Shown: positions 50,013-60,342, counted from the first letter of the stretch. The stretch: DNA of 64,000 bases from Flavobacterium sp. (GCF_027484945.1 NZ_JAIXRZ010000003.1:8988-72987), one strand, 5' to 3'. Translations and numbers: made by a program. The notes: generated by a model not told the origin, from the sequence alone.

Positions 50013-50819
50013 TTATTCTTCCGGGGTTTCAATTTTGATGGGAATTAAATACGAACAACGTACTTTTTTACCATTCTGTTCTGCTGGAGTCCATTTCGGG
50101 CATTTACGCAATACCCTTTCTGCTTCCTTACCCGTACCATAGCCGAGATCGCGAACTACTTTAATATCGGTTAACGAACCGTCTTTTTCAACTACGAAAG
50201 AAACAAAAACCTGACCTTTTAAACCGGGTTCTTCAGGTGCTTGATAATTGTTTTTAATAAAGTTGTAAAACTTATTAATTCCCCCAGGGAATTCTGGCTT
50301 TTGTTCAATACCCGCCGAGTTGTAGATTGTATTATCTTCTTCTACAACATCTTGGTTTGAGGGTCCATTTCCAGGTGGTTCAACGCGCAAATCCGCATTT
50401 GGATCACCCTTAATATCTTCTTTCCCTAAGTTTTTATCTTTAATATCTTCAACCTTTGGAGGCTCTTCTGTAACCTCTTCTGTTTTGGCTACTTCAGGCT
50501 TCACAAACTTCACCTGATCCACTTTTGGTGGTGGCGGTGGTGGTGGTGGAAGATCTTCTTTTGGTTTTTCCTCCTTAGGAGGTAATTTAACGGTTGTAAT
50601 TTTCGTGTCAATAGTAGCGCTATCATCATCCGTTACTGAACTAATAAATTCAGCAATCTTCGGCGTTGCAACTGCTATTGAAAAAATAACGGCACCAATA
50701 ATGAAGGCTTTCAAATTGGTATTTCCGTCTTTCATTCGCAAATCGTAAGCACCATAACTCTTGTTACGCCCTTCGAAAACGATGTCCAACCATTGTTTTT
50801 TTAACAAGTCTAGTTTCAT
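50013..50819 (-). CDS. tonB: TonB energy transducer
   Basis: FEGRNKSYGAY, TM, poly-Pro, PEFPGG, FVVEKDGS, W.PA.QNG. Confidence 0.9.
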   Translation of the reverse strand: MKLDLLKKQWLDIVFEGRNKSYGAYDLRMKDGNTNLKAFIIGAVIFSIAVATPKIAEFISSVTDDDSATIDTKITTVKLPPKEEKPKEDLPPPPPPPPKVDQVKFVKPEVAKTEEVTEEPPKVEDIKDKNLGKEDIKGDPNADLRVEPPGNGPSNQDVVEEDNTIYNSAGIEQKPEFPGGINKFYNFIKNNYQAPEEPGLKGQVFVSFVVEKDGSLTDIKVVRDLGYGTGKEAERVLRKCPKWTPAEQNGKKVRCSYLIPIKIETPEE

Positions 50820-50851
50820 ACGTTATAAATATTGTACTACAAGAGTGGTTA

Positions 50852-51415
50852 TTATTTATTTAATTTATCCGCTAATGTTTTTTCTTCAGGAGAAAAATCA
50901 TTAACAATAGCATAGGTCGGCACGGAACAAATAGCCATTTCGTCCAAGATATCTACTAAATTCTTGTAGGACGATTTAGCAGTAGGCTTGATAATTACAA
51001 TCAAACCTTTATCTTTATTTCCAGTCACTTGTGGCACAGACGCTACACGTTTTAAAATCTCTTTGCGAATTCCTTCACGACCATGTGTTGATTTCGTTGG
51101 CTTGCCTCCTGGTTCTGGAGCTTCAAGCAATCCATGAAACCATTCAATTTTATCTTTAGCACCCAATATAATTGTCATGGTACGTCGTTGATCTACTTTA
51201 ATTTTAGTTTCCGGTTGATCATCGGTATTCTTATCAGGCAATCCCAAATCCATTGCCTGAGGTTTCGACAAGGTGGTTGTCAACATAAAGAACGTAATCA
51301 AAAGGAACGCCAAGTCCACCATAGCCGTGAGGTCTACTTTGGAATTTTGTTTTTTACTGCGAACCTTGCCCCCGCCTTTCTTGCCACCACCGTCGTTGGT
51401 ATTTAATTCAGCCAT
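50852..51415 (-). CDS. exbD: ExbD/TolR family protein
   Basis: DLTAMVDLAFLLITFFML, Y.NLVDILDE. Confidence 0.88.
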   Translation of the reverse strand: MAELNTNDGGGKKGGGKVRSKKQNSKVDLTAMVDLAFLLITFFMLTTTLSKPQAMDLGLPDKNTDDQPETKIKVDQRRTMTIILGAKDKIEWFHGLLEAPEPGGKPTKSTHGREGIRKEILKRVASVPQVTGNKDKGLIVIIKPTAKSSYKNLVDILDEMAICSVPTYAIVNDFSPEEKTLADKLNK

Positions 51416-51427
51416 TTCTTATTGGGA

Positions 51428-52057
51428 TTAATAGTTTTTACCACGTAAACCGGTTACCAAGCTAAAGCTGTTCACCTTTTGATTCTGAAGCTCATCCATA
51501 ATTTGTTTCACTTTTGGATATTGCTCTTTCGCATCGCCTTTAATTGCAAAATTCAATTGTTCGTTTTGAACATCAATATTTGCTTGACGTGAAGTATAAA
51601 TCCAGTCTTTCAACTGATTATTCTTATTGTTTTCAAGTGTGTCGTGAGGAATACCGGGTTGCACCCCTTCTTTGTTACGATCAGCTCCTTTCATGGCGAT
51701 AACTTGTTTCATTGCTTCTATTGGAGCACCAAATTCATCAATCAATGAAAACTCATTTATTTCATTATCGCTGAATTTAATTCCATACTTATCACCCATT
51801 AATTCAAGAGTTCTTTTGCGAACATCTCTTCCTTTGATTCCGTAAAACACTTTATCTCCGTCACCAATAATGATTACTGCCAAATTTTCTTCTGGCAATT
51901 TGGATTGAACTGTAGAGTTCGGTGTTTCAACGGGAAGCGGTTCCGGATTTTTAGCGGTAGCCGTAAGGATAAAGAACGTAAGCAAAAGGAACGCAACGTC
52001 ACACATAGCCGTCATATCAATAGACGCCGCCTTCTTGGACATTTTAACTTTTGCCAT
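51428..52057 (-). CDS. exbD: ExbD/TolR family protein
   Basis: DMTAMCDVAFLLLTFF, IKGD. Confidence 0.88.
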   Translation of the reverse strand: MAKVKMSKKAASIDMTAMCDVAFLLLTFFILTATAKNPEPLPVETPNSTVQSKLPEENLAVIIIGDGDKVFYGIKGRDVRKRTLELMGDKYGIKFSDNEINEFSLIDEFGAPIEAMKQVIAMKGADRNKEGVQPGIPHDTLENNKNNQLKDWIYTSRQANIDVQNEQLNFAIKGDAKEQYPKVKQIMDELQNQKVNSFSLVTGLRGKNY

Positions 52058-52089
52058 AATTACTTCTTTTGATTAAATGGTTACGCTAA

Positions 52090-52908
52090 TTATTTTAAGC
52101 TTCCTTTCATTTTACGGTATTGGTTCACGATAGCAGTACCTGCCTCGTCAATCGAATACGTAAGAGTATCAATTTTTGAAGTAAATAAGTTGTACGTTAC
52201 AATTGACAATGCAGAAGTAGAAATCCCTGTAGCCGTGTTGATCAACGCCTCAGAAATACCATTTGCTAACATCGCTTGGTCAGGAGTACCCGCTGTTGCT
52301 AGAGCCCCAAACGCTTTAATCATACCCGTTACAGTACCCAAAAGACCTGCTAATGTACCCAACGAAACTAAGGTTGACAAAATAGTCATATTTTTCTCTA
52401 ACATTGGCATTTCCAATGATGTAGCTTCTTCGATTTCTTTATGTATCATTTCAGCCGCTTCTTCAGAACTAAATCCTTCTTTTTTAACATCTTGATATTT
52501 AACTAAAGCCGCACGAATCGCGTTAGCTACCGAACCCTGTTGTTTATCACATGTTGCGATTGCCTCATCAATATTACCTTGAGCAATGTTAGCTTGAGCT
52601 TGTTTCATGAAAACGTCCAAGTTTCCTTTACCTGAAGCTTTAGATATTACGAAATATCGTTCGAAAGAAAACGTGATTACCATTAATAATAATCCCATAA
52701 GTACAGGTACAATAGGCCCTCCTTTGTAGACCATCGCTAGATAGTTACCTGGTAGTGGATGTCCTTCATTTGTTCCACCTTCGAAGTTTGACCCATCACC
52801 CATGATGAATTGCCACACCAACCATCCTACGAAAATACATAATACAATTACAATAGCGGAGAAGTAGCTACCTCCGTTTGACCCATTTGCGTTTTTTGCG
52901 TTTGCCAT
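52090..52908 (-). CDS. exbB: ExbB/MotA/TolQ proton channel
   Basis: GLLGTVTGMI, GISEALINTA. Confidence 0.9.
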   Translation of the reverse strand: MANAKNANGSNGGSYFSAIVIVLCIFVGWLVWQFIMGDGSNFEGGTNEGHPLPGNYLAMVYKGGPIVPVLMGLLLMVITFSFERYFVISKASGKGNLDVFMKQAQANIAQGNIDEAIATCDKQQGSVANAIRAALVKYQDVKKEGFSSEEAAEMIHKEIEEATSLEMPMLEKNMTILSTLVSLGTLAGLLGTVTGMIKAFGALATAGTPDQAMLANGISEALINTATGISTSALSIVTYNLFTSKIDTLTYSIDEAGTAIVNQYRKMKGSLK

Positions 52909-53480
52909 TTTTTTAAAAATTTTTAAGTTTTTAATGATTTAAAAGCTATTCGATATAAATTAACTTGAATTGAGGCAAATTTAATTTTTTAGTTCAAAAA
53001 AAAAAACTTTTTTAGTCATTTATAATTTTCTATTAAAACTTGTATGTTAAAACAAAAAATGTAAAAAATTAACCCTTACATCTATTGAATTATTAATTTT
53101 TTTGCCAATATTTATCTACATAACATTGCCTTAACATTGTAAAAACGAGTAATTTTAGTTCAATATTGTTAGAAAGGGTTACTAAATTCAAAAATGCTTA
53201 ATTAAAAAGTAAATTTTAGCATCGTAGAAGCATTTGTTTTAATTAAAATTAGTGCCCTAATTTTCAATTTATATTCTTTGCAAATTACTAATCTATAATC
53301 CAAAGAGTTTGTCTTTTTTAATTGGTGAAAATTTAATCCCATCTATATCGTTCAATCATAAAAAAGGAATACCCATTTGCGATTTCTTATATTTTTCATC
53401 TCACCAAAAAAAGTAAATTCTCCAACGATTTCTTACATTAACTTGTTTATATTTAACTTTGTTTTTTAATTCAATCGAAT

Positions 53481-54773
53481 ATGATGCAGAGTAAAATAAG
53501 TCGATCAAAAATCATGAGTTGCAACAATGCAATGCTCCTTGTTGTTAATTTATTCGCGTTAACCATTTGGGGCCAATCAATAACGAAGCGTGTATTGTTT
53601 TTAGGCAACAGTTATACAAATACCAACAATCTCCCTTTATTAGTAGCCAATATAGCCCAATCTACTAATGATGTATTATTGTATGACAGTTATACTCCTG
53701 GCGGATATCGCTTGTCCGATCATGCTAATAACACAACTTCTTTGGCTAAAATTGCACAAGGAAATTGGGATTATGTTGTTTTACAAGAACAGAGTCAGCT
53801 CCCCTCGTTTCCAATCAATCAAGTAAATTCCCTTGTATTTCCTTTTGCTGCAAATTTAAATACGCTAATTAACAGTCAAAATCCATGCGCCGAAACCGTG
53901 TTTTATATGACATGGGGACGGCAAAACGGCGATAGTCAAAATTGTGCCGCCCACCCACCGGTATGTACTTACAGTGGGATGGATGACTTACTCAGGGAAC
54001 GCTATCAAATAATGGCTGAACAACAATCTGCTATCACGGCACCGGTTGGAGCAGTATGGCGCTATTTAAGAACCAATTACCCTGATATGAATTTATATAG
54101 TGCTGACGGCAGTCACCCCTCTTTATTGGGTTCCTACGCAGCGGCATGTACTTTTTATACAACGCTTTTTCGAAAAGACCCTACCTTGATTAGTTTTCAA
54201 TCGACATTGTCAGCCGTTGAAGCACAAACGATTAAAAATGCTGTAAAAACTGTAGTATTTGATCAACGTTCCACATGGTTTATTGGCACCTACGATCCAG
54301 TAGCTGCTTTTTCTTTTTCGAATCCTGCTGGAACAGCGGTACAATTTGAAAATCAATCCCAGAATTCATCGGATTATTTATGGGATTTTGGTGATGGAAC
54401 TACTGCTACAACGGCCAATCCGTTGCACACTTATGCCCAAAATGGTGTATTTACGGTAACATTAACCGTAACTCATTGTGGTGTGGCTTCCGTAGTTCAA
54501 CAGTTGGTAGACACTTCGGTGCTGGCCATCACAACAGCCGGAGCATCTTCAGCAGTGGTAAAAATGTTTCCAAACCCAGTACAATCGCTTTTACACATTG
54601 AGAGTATTGCTGGCGTCAAAGAAATAGAAATTTATGATGCTTCGGGGCGAAGTATTCTAAAAAGTAGTGAAAATACAAAATCAATTGACTGCAGCAATCT
54701 AGAGCCCGCTATGTATTGGCTCAAAATAACAACAACTGCAGCAACCCATTACCAAAAATTTATAAAGTCATGA
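53481..54773 (+). CDS. Secreted SGNH-like (DUF4886-type) hydrolase with PKD and T9SS CTD
   Basis: FLGNSYT, VVLQEQS, DGSHP; WDFGDG PKD motif; FPNP...KFIK CTD; exact start uncertain. Confidence 0.78.
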   Translation: MMQSKISRSKIMSCNNAMLLVVNLFALTIWGQSITKRVLFLGNSYTNTNNLPLLVANIAQSTNDVLLYDSYTPGGYRLSDHANNTTSLAKIAQGNWDYVVLQEQSQLPSFPINQVNSLVFPFAANLNTLINSQNPCAETVFYMTWGRQNGDSQNCAAHPPVCTYSGMDDLLRERYQIMAEQQSAITAPVGAVWRYLRTNYPDMNLYSADGSHPSLLGSYAAACTFYTTLFRKDPTLISFQSTLSAVEAQTIKNAVKTVVFDQRSTWFIGTYDPVAAFSFSNPAGTAVQFENQSQNSSDYLWDFGDGTTATTANPLHTYAQNGVFTVTLTVTHCGVASVVQQLVDTSVLAITTAGASSAVVKMFPNPVQSLLHIESIAGVKEIEIYDASGRSILKSSENTKSIDCSNLEPAMYWLKITTTAATHYQKFIKS

Positions 54774-55132
54774 AAAAGTATACGATTCAAACCGATCCTT
54801 TTATTGTTCCAACAACCGATGGTAAACGAATTGAAGAACACCATGGCCGAATAGCTACTAAAAATCCTGCTATTTCGATAGCCCACATGGTTGCACCACC
54901 GCATTGGAGCGAACCTTTTCAAACGCCCGAATTTGAAGAATACACCTATATTATTTCGGGTAAAAAACAGTTTATTATTGAAGACGAAATACTTATTTTA
55001 GAAGCGGGACAATCGATACGAATTGCCGAAAATACCCGTATACAATACTCCAATCCATTTGACGAACCCTGTGAATATTTATCGGTTTGTCGGCCAGCAT
55101 TTGATTTTATGAAAGTGCACCGGGAAGAATAA
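54770..55132 (+). CDS. Cupin domain protein
   Basis: IEEH.G, SIAHM.AP..WSEP.Q.PEF.E; ATGA overlap with upstream gene. Confidence 0.8.
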   Translation: MKKYTIQTDPFIVPTTDGKRIEEHHGRIATKNPAISIAHMVAPPHWSEPFQTPEFEEYTYIISGKKQFIIEDEILILEAGQSIRIAENTRIQYSNPFDEPCEYLSVCRPAFDFMKVHREE

Positions 55133-55154
55133 TAACGATGCTTTGAATCATATA

Positions 55155-55189
55155 TTTTAAATTATGAATTTTGAATTGTGAATTTTGAA
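55155..55189. repeat. Heptamer array, 5 units TTNTRAA
   Basis: TTTTAAA TTATGAA TTTTGAA TTGTGAA TTTTGAA. Confidence 0.75.
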
Positions 55190-55259
55190 TTGGATGCTAT
55201 CTATTTTCTTCGTTAATCATCGTTTGTCACTATCCAAAATCCAACCTTAAAACAACAAC

Positions 55260-56606
55260 TTAGTTTTTTTGCAACAATGCAATTAATTGGGCTTCTACTT
55301 CGGGGCTGTTCCATTTGGTAGCGATATCGGGAATAGCCATTATTTGTTCCATAATTGTATTTTGAAAATCTCCAATTGCCAAGGCCTCTGAATAGGGCTG
55401 TAGGCTAAAAGTTACTCTGCTGTACAAAGGCATCCATTTATCCGGATGTTTTTCAGAAAACCATTTTTCAATTTTCTTTTGTAAATGAAATTGTGTATCG
55501 GCCGTCTTTGTACTCATCTCGATAAAATTGCGACGCGACAATTCTGCAATTGCATCTGCATTGGGTTTACGCGATTTTTCATAGGCACGAAAAACGGCAT
55601 TCCAATCATTACCATAGCGTTCAATCATCTGATTTAAAACCGTGATATCTTCAAATCCTGCGTTCATTCCATGACCATAAAAGGGCACAATAGCATGGGC
55701 TGAATCGCCAATCAATGCAACTTTATCTTCAAAAGTCCACGGATAACATTTCATGATTGCTAAATAACTCGTCGGATTCTTAAAAAAATCGCTCACCAAG
55801 TCGGGAATAACCGCTGCTGTGTCTGGAAAATATTCGGCAAAAAAGTTAACCAAGGTAGTTTCATCATTCAATTGTTCAAACGAATTCTCACCCTCAAAAG
55901 GCATAAATAATGTGCATGTAAACGATCCATCCAAATTGGCCAAAGCCATCAACATAAAATTACCGCGAGGCCAGATGTGTAGTGAATTTTTATCAATTTT
56001 GTGCGAACTATCGGGATTGGCTGGAATATGCAATTCTTTATAGCCAATCTTCATAAATTCTTGGGAATAATCAAACATACTTTGGCGCTGCATACGATGG
56101 CGAATACGAGAAAACGCGCCATCAGCACCAAAAACTTTGTCGTATTTTAAATCCGTCCATGGTCCATTCTCTGAAGGTCCAATATGTAAGGTAGCCGTAG
56201 CTAAAGTTACATCCCAAATGCGGTATTCAAAAAAGAACTCCACCCCTGCCGCTTCGGCCAAATCAATCATTTTTCGATTTAAAACTCCACGGGATAACGA
56301 ATATATAGCTTCTCCTTCTTTACCGTATTTCTGATAAGTCAGGCTTCCTTCTTTTAGGTGTATGGCTCTTTTATCTACAGGGATTCCAATGCGTTTAATC
56401 GCATCATCCAATCCAATATCAGCTAGCGCTTTCCAGCCGCGATCTGACATTACTAAATTGATTGAACGACCCGAAAATTCTACCGTACGAATATCTGCAC
56501 TGCGGTCATAAACATGAACGGTATGCCCTTGTTTCTTGAGGTAGATTGCCAATAAAGTTCCGACTAATCCAGAACCTACAATCGCAATTCTTTGTGGCGT
56601 TTGCAT
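55260..56606 (-). CDS. kmo: Kynurenine 3-monooxygenase
   Basis: GSGLVG, GRSINL, GADGAFS, LHIWPRG, GDSAHAIVPFYG.GMN.GFED; kynU nearby. Confidence 0.9.
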   Translation of the reverse strand: MQTPQRIAIVGSGLVGTLLAIYLKKQGHTVHVYDRSADIRTVEFSGRSINLVMSDRGWKALADIGLDDAIKRIGIPVDKRAIHLKEGSLTYQKYGKEGEAIYSLSRGVLNRKMIDLAEAAGVEFFFEYRIWDVTLATATLHIGPSENGPWTDLKYDKVFGADGAFSRIRHRMQRQSMFDYSQEFMKIGYKELHIPANPDSSHKIDKNSLHIWPRGNFMLMALANLDGSFTCTLFMPFEGENSFEQLNDETTLVNFFAEYFPDTAAVIPDLVSDFFKNPTSYLAIMKCYPWTFEDKVALIGDSAHAIVPFYGHGMNAGFEDITVLNQMIERYGNDWNAVFRAYEKSRKPNADAIAELSRRNFIEMSTKTADTQFHLQKKIEKWFSEKHPDKWMPLYSRVTFSLQPYSEALAIGDFQNTIMEQIMAIPDIATKWNSPEVEAQLIALLQKN

Positions 56607-56690
56607 CGAATTATTAAAAAAGTTGGACAAAAATACTCAATATTATCGGAACCTACCCGGGTTAGAGCGCAAAAATTAGGAGATATCTTA

Positions 56691-56737
56691 AAATTTGTTT
56701 AATCTTTTATGTTATTAGTTAAACAAATTTATCTTTG
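56691..56737 (+). promoter_or_regulatory. Perfect 12-bp inverted repeat (putative operator) abutting -7 element of photolyase operon
   Basis: AAATTTGTTTAA-N16-TTAAACAAATTT (56691-56730), TATCTTTG at 56730-37. Confidence 0.7.
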
Positions 56738-56748
56738 TAAAAAAAGTG

Positions 56749-57390
56749 ATGAAAACGATAACCCGAACCGAATTAAACGCGCTCTCCAAAGTTCAACGTC
56801 TTAACCTAGTTAATAGTTGTATGGGCTATAAATCGGCCAACTTGATAGCGACCAAATCGGCTGATGGTCATGAAAACGTAGCTATTTTTTCAAGCATTAC
56901 CCATTTGGGAAGCGATCCTGCTTTACTTGGTTTTATTGTTCGTCCAACCTCTGTACCGCGCCATACCTACAACAACATTAAGTCAACCGGCTATTTTACG
57001 GTAAACGCGATTACATCTAATCAAATTGCGCAAGCGCATCAAACTTCGGCGGCATATGACTATGGGGTTTCTGAATTTGAAATGACGGGATTAACAACCG
57101 AATATAAACCAAACCTCGCGGTTCCCTTTGTTGCTGGAGCACCCTTACAATTGTTGTGTAGTTATGTAAATGAATATGCCATCAAAGAAAATAACACCCT
57201 TCATGTTATCGCCGCGATTGAAGCCATCTATGTCGACGAAATTTTATTAGAGAAGGATTATTGGATTCGATTGGATTTGGGAAAAGTGGTTACCATTAAT
57301 GGCTTGGACGGCTATGCCGAACCCCATTTATTAGATCGTTTTGACTATGCGCGGCCGAGCAACGAAGTGCAATCACTCTTGAAAAAATGA
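56749..57390 (+). CDS. Flavin reductase family protein
   Basis: N.A.FSS..HLGS.P, RP...RHT..NI, AHQTSA, GLDGY. Confidence 0.82.
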   Translation: MKTITRTELNALSKVQRLNLVNSCMGYKSANLIATKSADGHENVAIFSSITHLGSDPALLGFIVRPTSVPRHTYNNIKSTGYFTVNAITSNQIAQAHQTSAAYDYGVSEFEMTGLTTEYKPNLAVPFVAGAPLQLLCSYVNEYAIKENNTLHVIAAIEAIYVDEILLEKDYWIRLDLGKVVTINGLDGYAEPHLLDRFDYARPSNEVQSLLKK

Positions 57391-57530
57391 GCCATAAAAA
57401 ACTCCATTTACCGCAAAAAATATGTGCCGTTTGCGGCCTCCCTTTTCAATGGCGTAAAAAATGGGAGAAAAATTGGGATAGCGTAAAATATTGCAGTGAC
57501 CGCTGCCGAAATACTAAAAAAACACTATGA
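57387..57530 (+). CDS. DUF2256 family small Cys-rich protein (47 aa; absent from ORF track)
   Basis: [47 protein letters not shown]; ATGA overlaps at both ends. Confidence 0.88.
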   Translation: MSHKKLHLPQKICAVCGLPFQWRKKWEKNWDSVKYCSDRCRNTKKTL

Positions 57531-58804
57531 ATCATCTCGTTTGGTTTCGGAATGATCTTCGAACAGAAGATAACTATGCTTTATGGAGAGCGACACAAAA
57601 AGCTAGACAAGTCATCGGGGTATATTGTATTGACCCCCGTCAATTTGCGCCAACACGCTACGGTTTTCCGAAAACAGGAGCTTTTCGCGCCCAATTTTTA
57701 TGGGAAAGTTTGCAGGAGTTGAAACGCAACTTGGCGGCATTAAATATTCCGTTGTTTGTTCATTATGGGCATCCCGAACTTTATATCCCCGATTTAATAC
57801 ATACCTATGGCATCAAAGCCGTCTTTTCGCAAGAAGAATGGACCACTGAAGAAGTTGCAGTGACCTCAGCATTAAAACAAAACGCACCGCATATCGAATT
57901 TCACGAACTTCCCGATGGATTTTTATTTCATCCCGATGACATTCCGTATGGCTCTGCTAAAGAAGTCCCTGAAATCTTCACCGAGTTTCGGAAAAAATGT
58001 GAGAAGCTTTCAAAGATAAGACTGCTTGTCGAACCCCAACCAATTCAGGAATTGAATTTTTTTGAAACCCCTGAAATCCCTTCTTTGGAAACGTGTGGCA
58101 TTACACCTCAACAACCCGATATACGAACTGCATTCCCATTTAAAGGAGGTGAAAATAAAGCCTTGGCCCGACTAGAAGATTACTTTTTTACCACTGAAAA
58201 TTTATCCCAATACAAACATACCCGAAACGGTTTAATCGGAACCGATTACAGCTCGAAGTTCTCTGCTTGGCTTGCAAACGGCTGTATTTCGGCGCGCAAA
58301 ATTTATTGGGAAGTACAACAATATGAAGCTGAAGTGTGCAAAAACGAAGACACCTATTGGTTGGTATTTGAATTGATTTGGCGCGATTATTTCCGGTACA
58401 TTTCAAAAAAACACGGTAATAGAATCTTCCAGCTAAACGGTATTGTAAAGCAAAAATACGATTGGGAATTTAACGAACGGAAATTTGAAAAATGGACACT
58501 GGGCAAAACTCCCGAGCCTTTTGTGAATGCCAACATGAAAGAATTAGCCGCTACAGGGTTTATGAGCAATCGCGGTCGTCAAAATGTAGCTAGTTTTTGG
58601 GCCAAAGAATGGGAACAGGATTGGCGTGCTGGGGCAGCTTGGTTTGAATCGCTCTTGATTGACTATGATGTGCATTCCAATTATGGAAATTGGTTATACA
58701 ATTCGGGGGTTGGCAATGATCCCCGCGATCGTAAATTTAACATCCGCCGGCAAGCGGAAATGTATGATCCCCAAAACAAATACCAAGAGTTATGGAATAC
58801 CTAA
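57527..58804 (+). CDS. DASH family cryptochrome
   Basis: [47 protein letters not shown]. Confidence 0.9.
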   Translation: MNHLVWFRNDLRTEDNYALWRATQKARQVIGVYCIDPRQFAPTRYGFPKTGAFRAQFLWESLQELKRNLAALNIPLFVHYGHPELYIPDLIHTYGIKAVFSQEEWTTEEVAVTSALKQNAPHIEFHELPDGFLFHPDDIPYGSAKEVPEIFTEFRKKCEKLSKIRLLVEPQPIQELNFFETPEIPSLETCGITPQQPDIRTAFPFKGGENKALARLEDYFFTTENLSQYKHTRNGLIGTDYSSKFSAWLANGCISARKIYWEVQQYEAEVCKNEDTYWLVFELIWRDYFRYISKKHGNRIFQLNGIVKQKYDWEFNERKFEKWTLGKTPEPFVNANMKELAATGFMSNRGRQNVASFWAKEWEQDWRAGAAWFESLLIDYDVHSNYGNWLYNSGVGNDPRDRKFNIRRQAEMYDPQNKYQELWNT

Positions 58805-60330
58805 CGTTACGGCTTATTTTGGGTGACCAATTGAACTCCCAACATTCTTGGTTTACCAATCAAGACCCGACTGTATTGTACTTAATGGCCGAAATGCGCC
58901 AAGAAACAGATTATGTCAAACACCACATTCAAAAAGTCACCGGTTTCTTTTTGGCCATGCGTGATTTTGCAACAGAGTTAGCTACTAATGGTCATCGTGT
59001 GCATTATATTCAAATTACCGAAGCGCTAGCCACGAAAAGTCTGCCCGAAATCATTTCCCATTGTATTGAAAAATATACCATTCAAAATTTCGAATACCAA
59101 CTTCCTGACGAATACCGCTTGGACGAGCAATTGAAAACGTTTTGCTGCCAATTATCAATTTCGCATCAAGCGGTAGACACCGAACATTTTTACACGACTC
59201 GTGAGGAACTGGGTCAATTTTTCATAGGTAAAAAACAATTCTTGATGGAAAACTTTTACCGAATGATGCGCAAAAAACATCAGGTATTGATGGAGGGTAG
59301 TGCCCCATTGGGAAATCAATGGAATTTTGATCATGACAACCGATTAAAATATAAAAATCAAGTACCTGTGCCTCCCATGGCAGTTTTTCCTAAAGATGGT
59401 ACAGCACTTCTCAACGAACTTGAGAAAGCCGAAGTTCAAACGTTTGGTGAAATTAAACCCAAGTCCTTTGCTTGGCCGATCAATCGAAAAGAAGCCTTAG
59501 CGCAATTGGACTATTTCTGCGAACATTTACTTCCTCATTTTGGGGATTACGAAGATGCGATGCATACGGAACAAGCGTTCCTATTTCATTCCCGTTTGTC
59601 TTTTGTTTTGAACACCAAGATTATAAGTCCGAAGGAAGTTGTTAATCGTGTGGTACAGCATTTTTATGCAAATCAAGAGACTATTTCTTTGTCACAAGTG
59701 GAAGGTTTTGTGCGGCAAATTATCGGTTGGCGCGAATATGTGCGCGGTATTTATTGGCATCACATGCCCAACTACAGTAAGCTGAATACACTTGATAATT
59801 TCTATCCGTTACCCGAAATGTTTTGGACAGGCAAAACCAAAATGAATTGCATGAAGCAGGCCTTGGGTTTGAGTTTAGAAAATGCTTATGCGCACCACAT
59901 TCAGCGGTTGATGGTCATTGGTAATTTTTCCTTACTTACCCAACGGCATCCCGATGCGGTTGACGCTTGGTATTTGGGCGTCTACATGGATGCAATTGAA
60001 TGGGTCGAACTTCCCAATACGCGCGGCATGAGTCAGTATGCCGATGGCGGAATTATAGCAACCAAACCCTATGTCTCTTCAGGAAGTTATATTCAAAAAA
60101 TGAGCAATTATTGCACGGGTTGCCACTATGATGTCAAATCCCGAACGGGCGAACAATCGTGTCCGTTTAATAGTTTGTACTGGAATTTTTTGGATGATAA
60201 AAAAGCTTATTTTGCTCAAAATCAACGAATGGCGATGATGTTGAATCTATTGGGTAAAATTCAAACCGAAGAATTGTATGCCTTAAAAAATCGAGCCGCT
60301 CAAATTATTGAAAACCCAGACCTTTTTTGA
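58792..60330 (+). CDS. FeS-cluster bacterial cryptochrome/photolyase (PhrB/CryB-type, probable (6-4) photolyase)
   Basis: LILGDQL, HH.QK, YAHHIQRLM, KPY.SS..YI..MS.YC..C, CPF; four FeS cysteines present. Confidence 0.9.
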   Translation: MEYLTLRLILGDQLNSQHSWFTNQDPTVLYLMAEMRQETDYVKHHIQKVTGFFLAMRDFATELATNGHRVHYIQITEALATKSLPEIISHCIEKYTIQNFEYQLPDEYRLDEQLKTFCCQLSISHQAVDTEHFYTTREELGQFFIGKKQFLMENFYRMMRKKHQVLMEGSAPLGNQWNFDHDNRLKYKNQVPVPPMAVFPKDGTALLNELEKAEVQTFGEIKPKSFAWPINRKEALAQLDYFCEHLLPHFGDYEDAMHTEQAFLFHSRLSFVLNTKIISPKEVVNRVVQHFYANQETISLSQVEGFVRQIIGWREYVRGIYWHHMPNYSKLNTLDNFYPLPEMFWTGKTKMNCMKQALGLSLENAYAHHIQRLMVIGNFSLLTQRHPDAVDAWYLGVYMDAIEWVELPNTRGMSQYADGGIIATKPYVSSGSYIQKMSNYCTGCHYDVKSRTGEQSCPFNSLYWNFLDDKKAYFAQNQRMAMMLNLLGKIQTEELYALKNRAAQIIENPDLF

Positions 60331-60342
60331 GTTAATTATACG

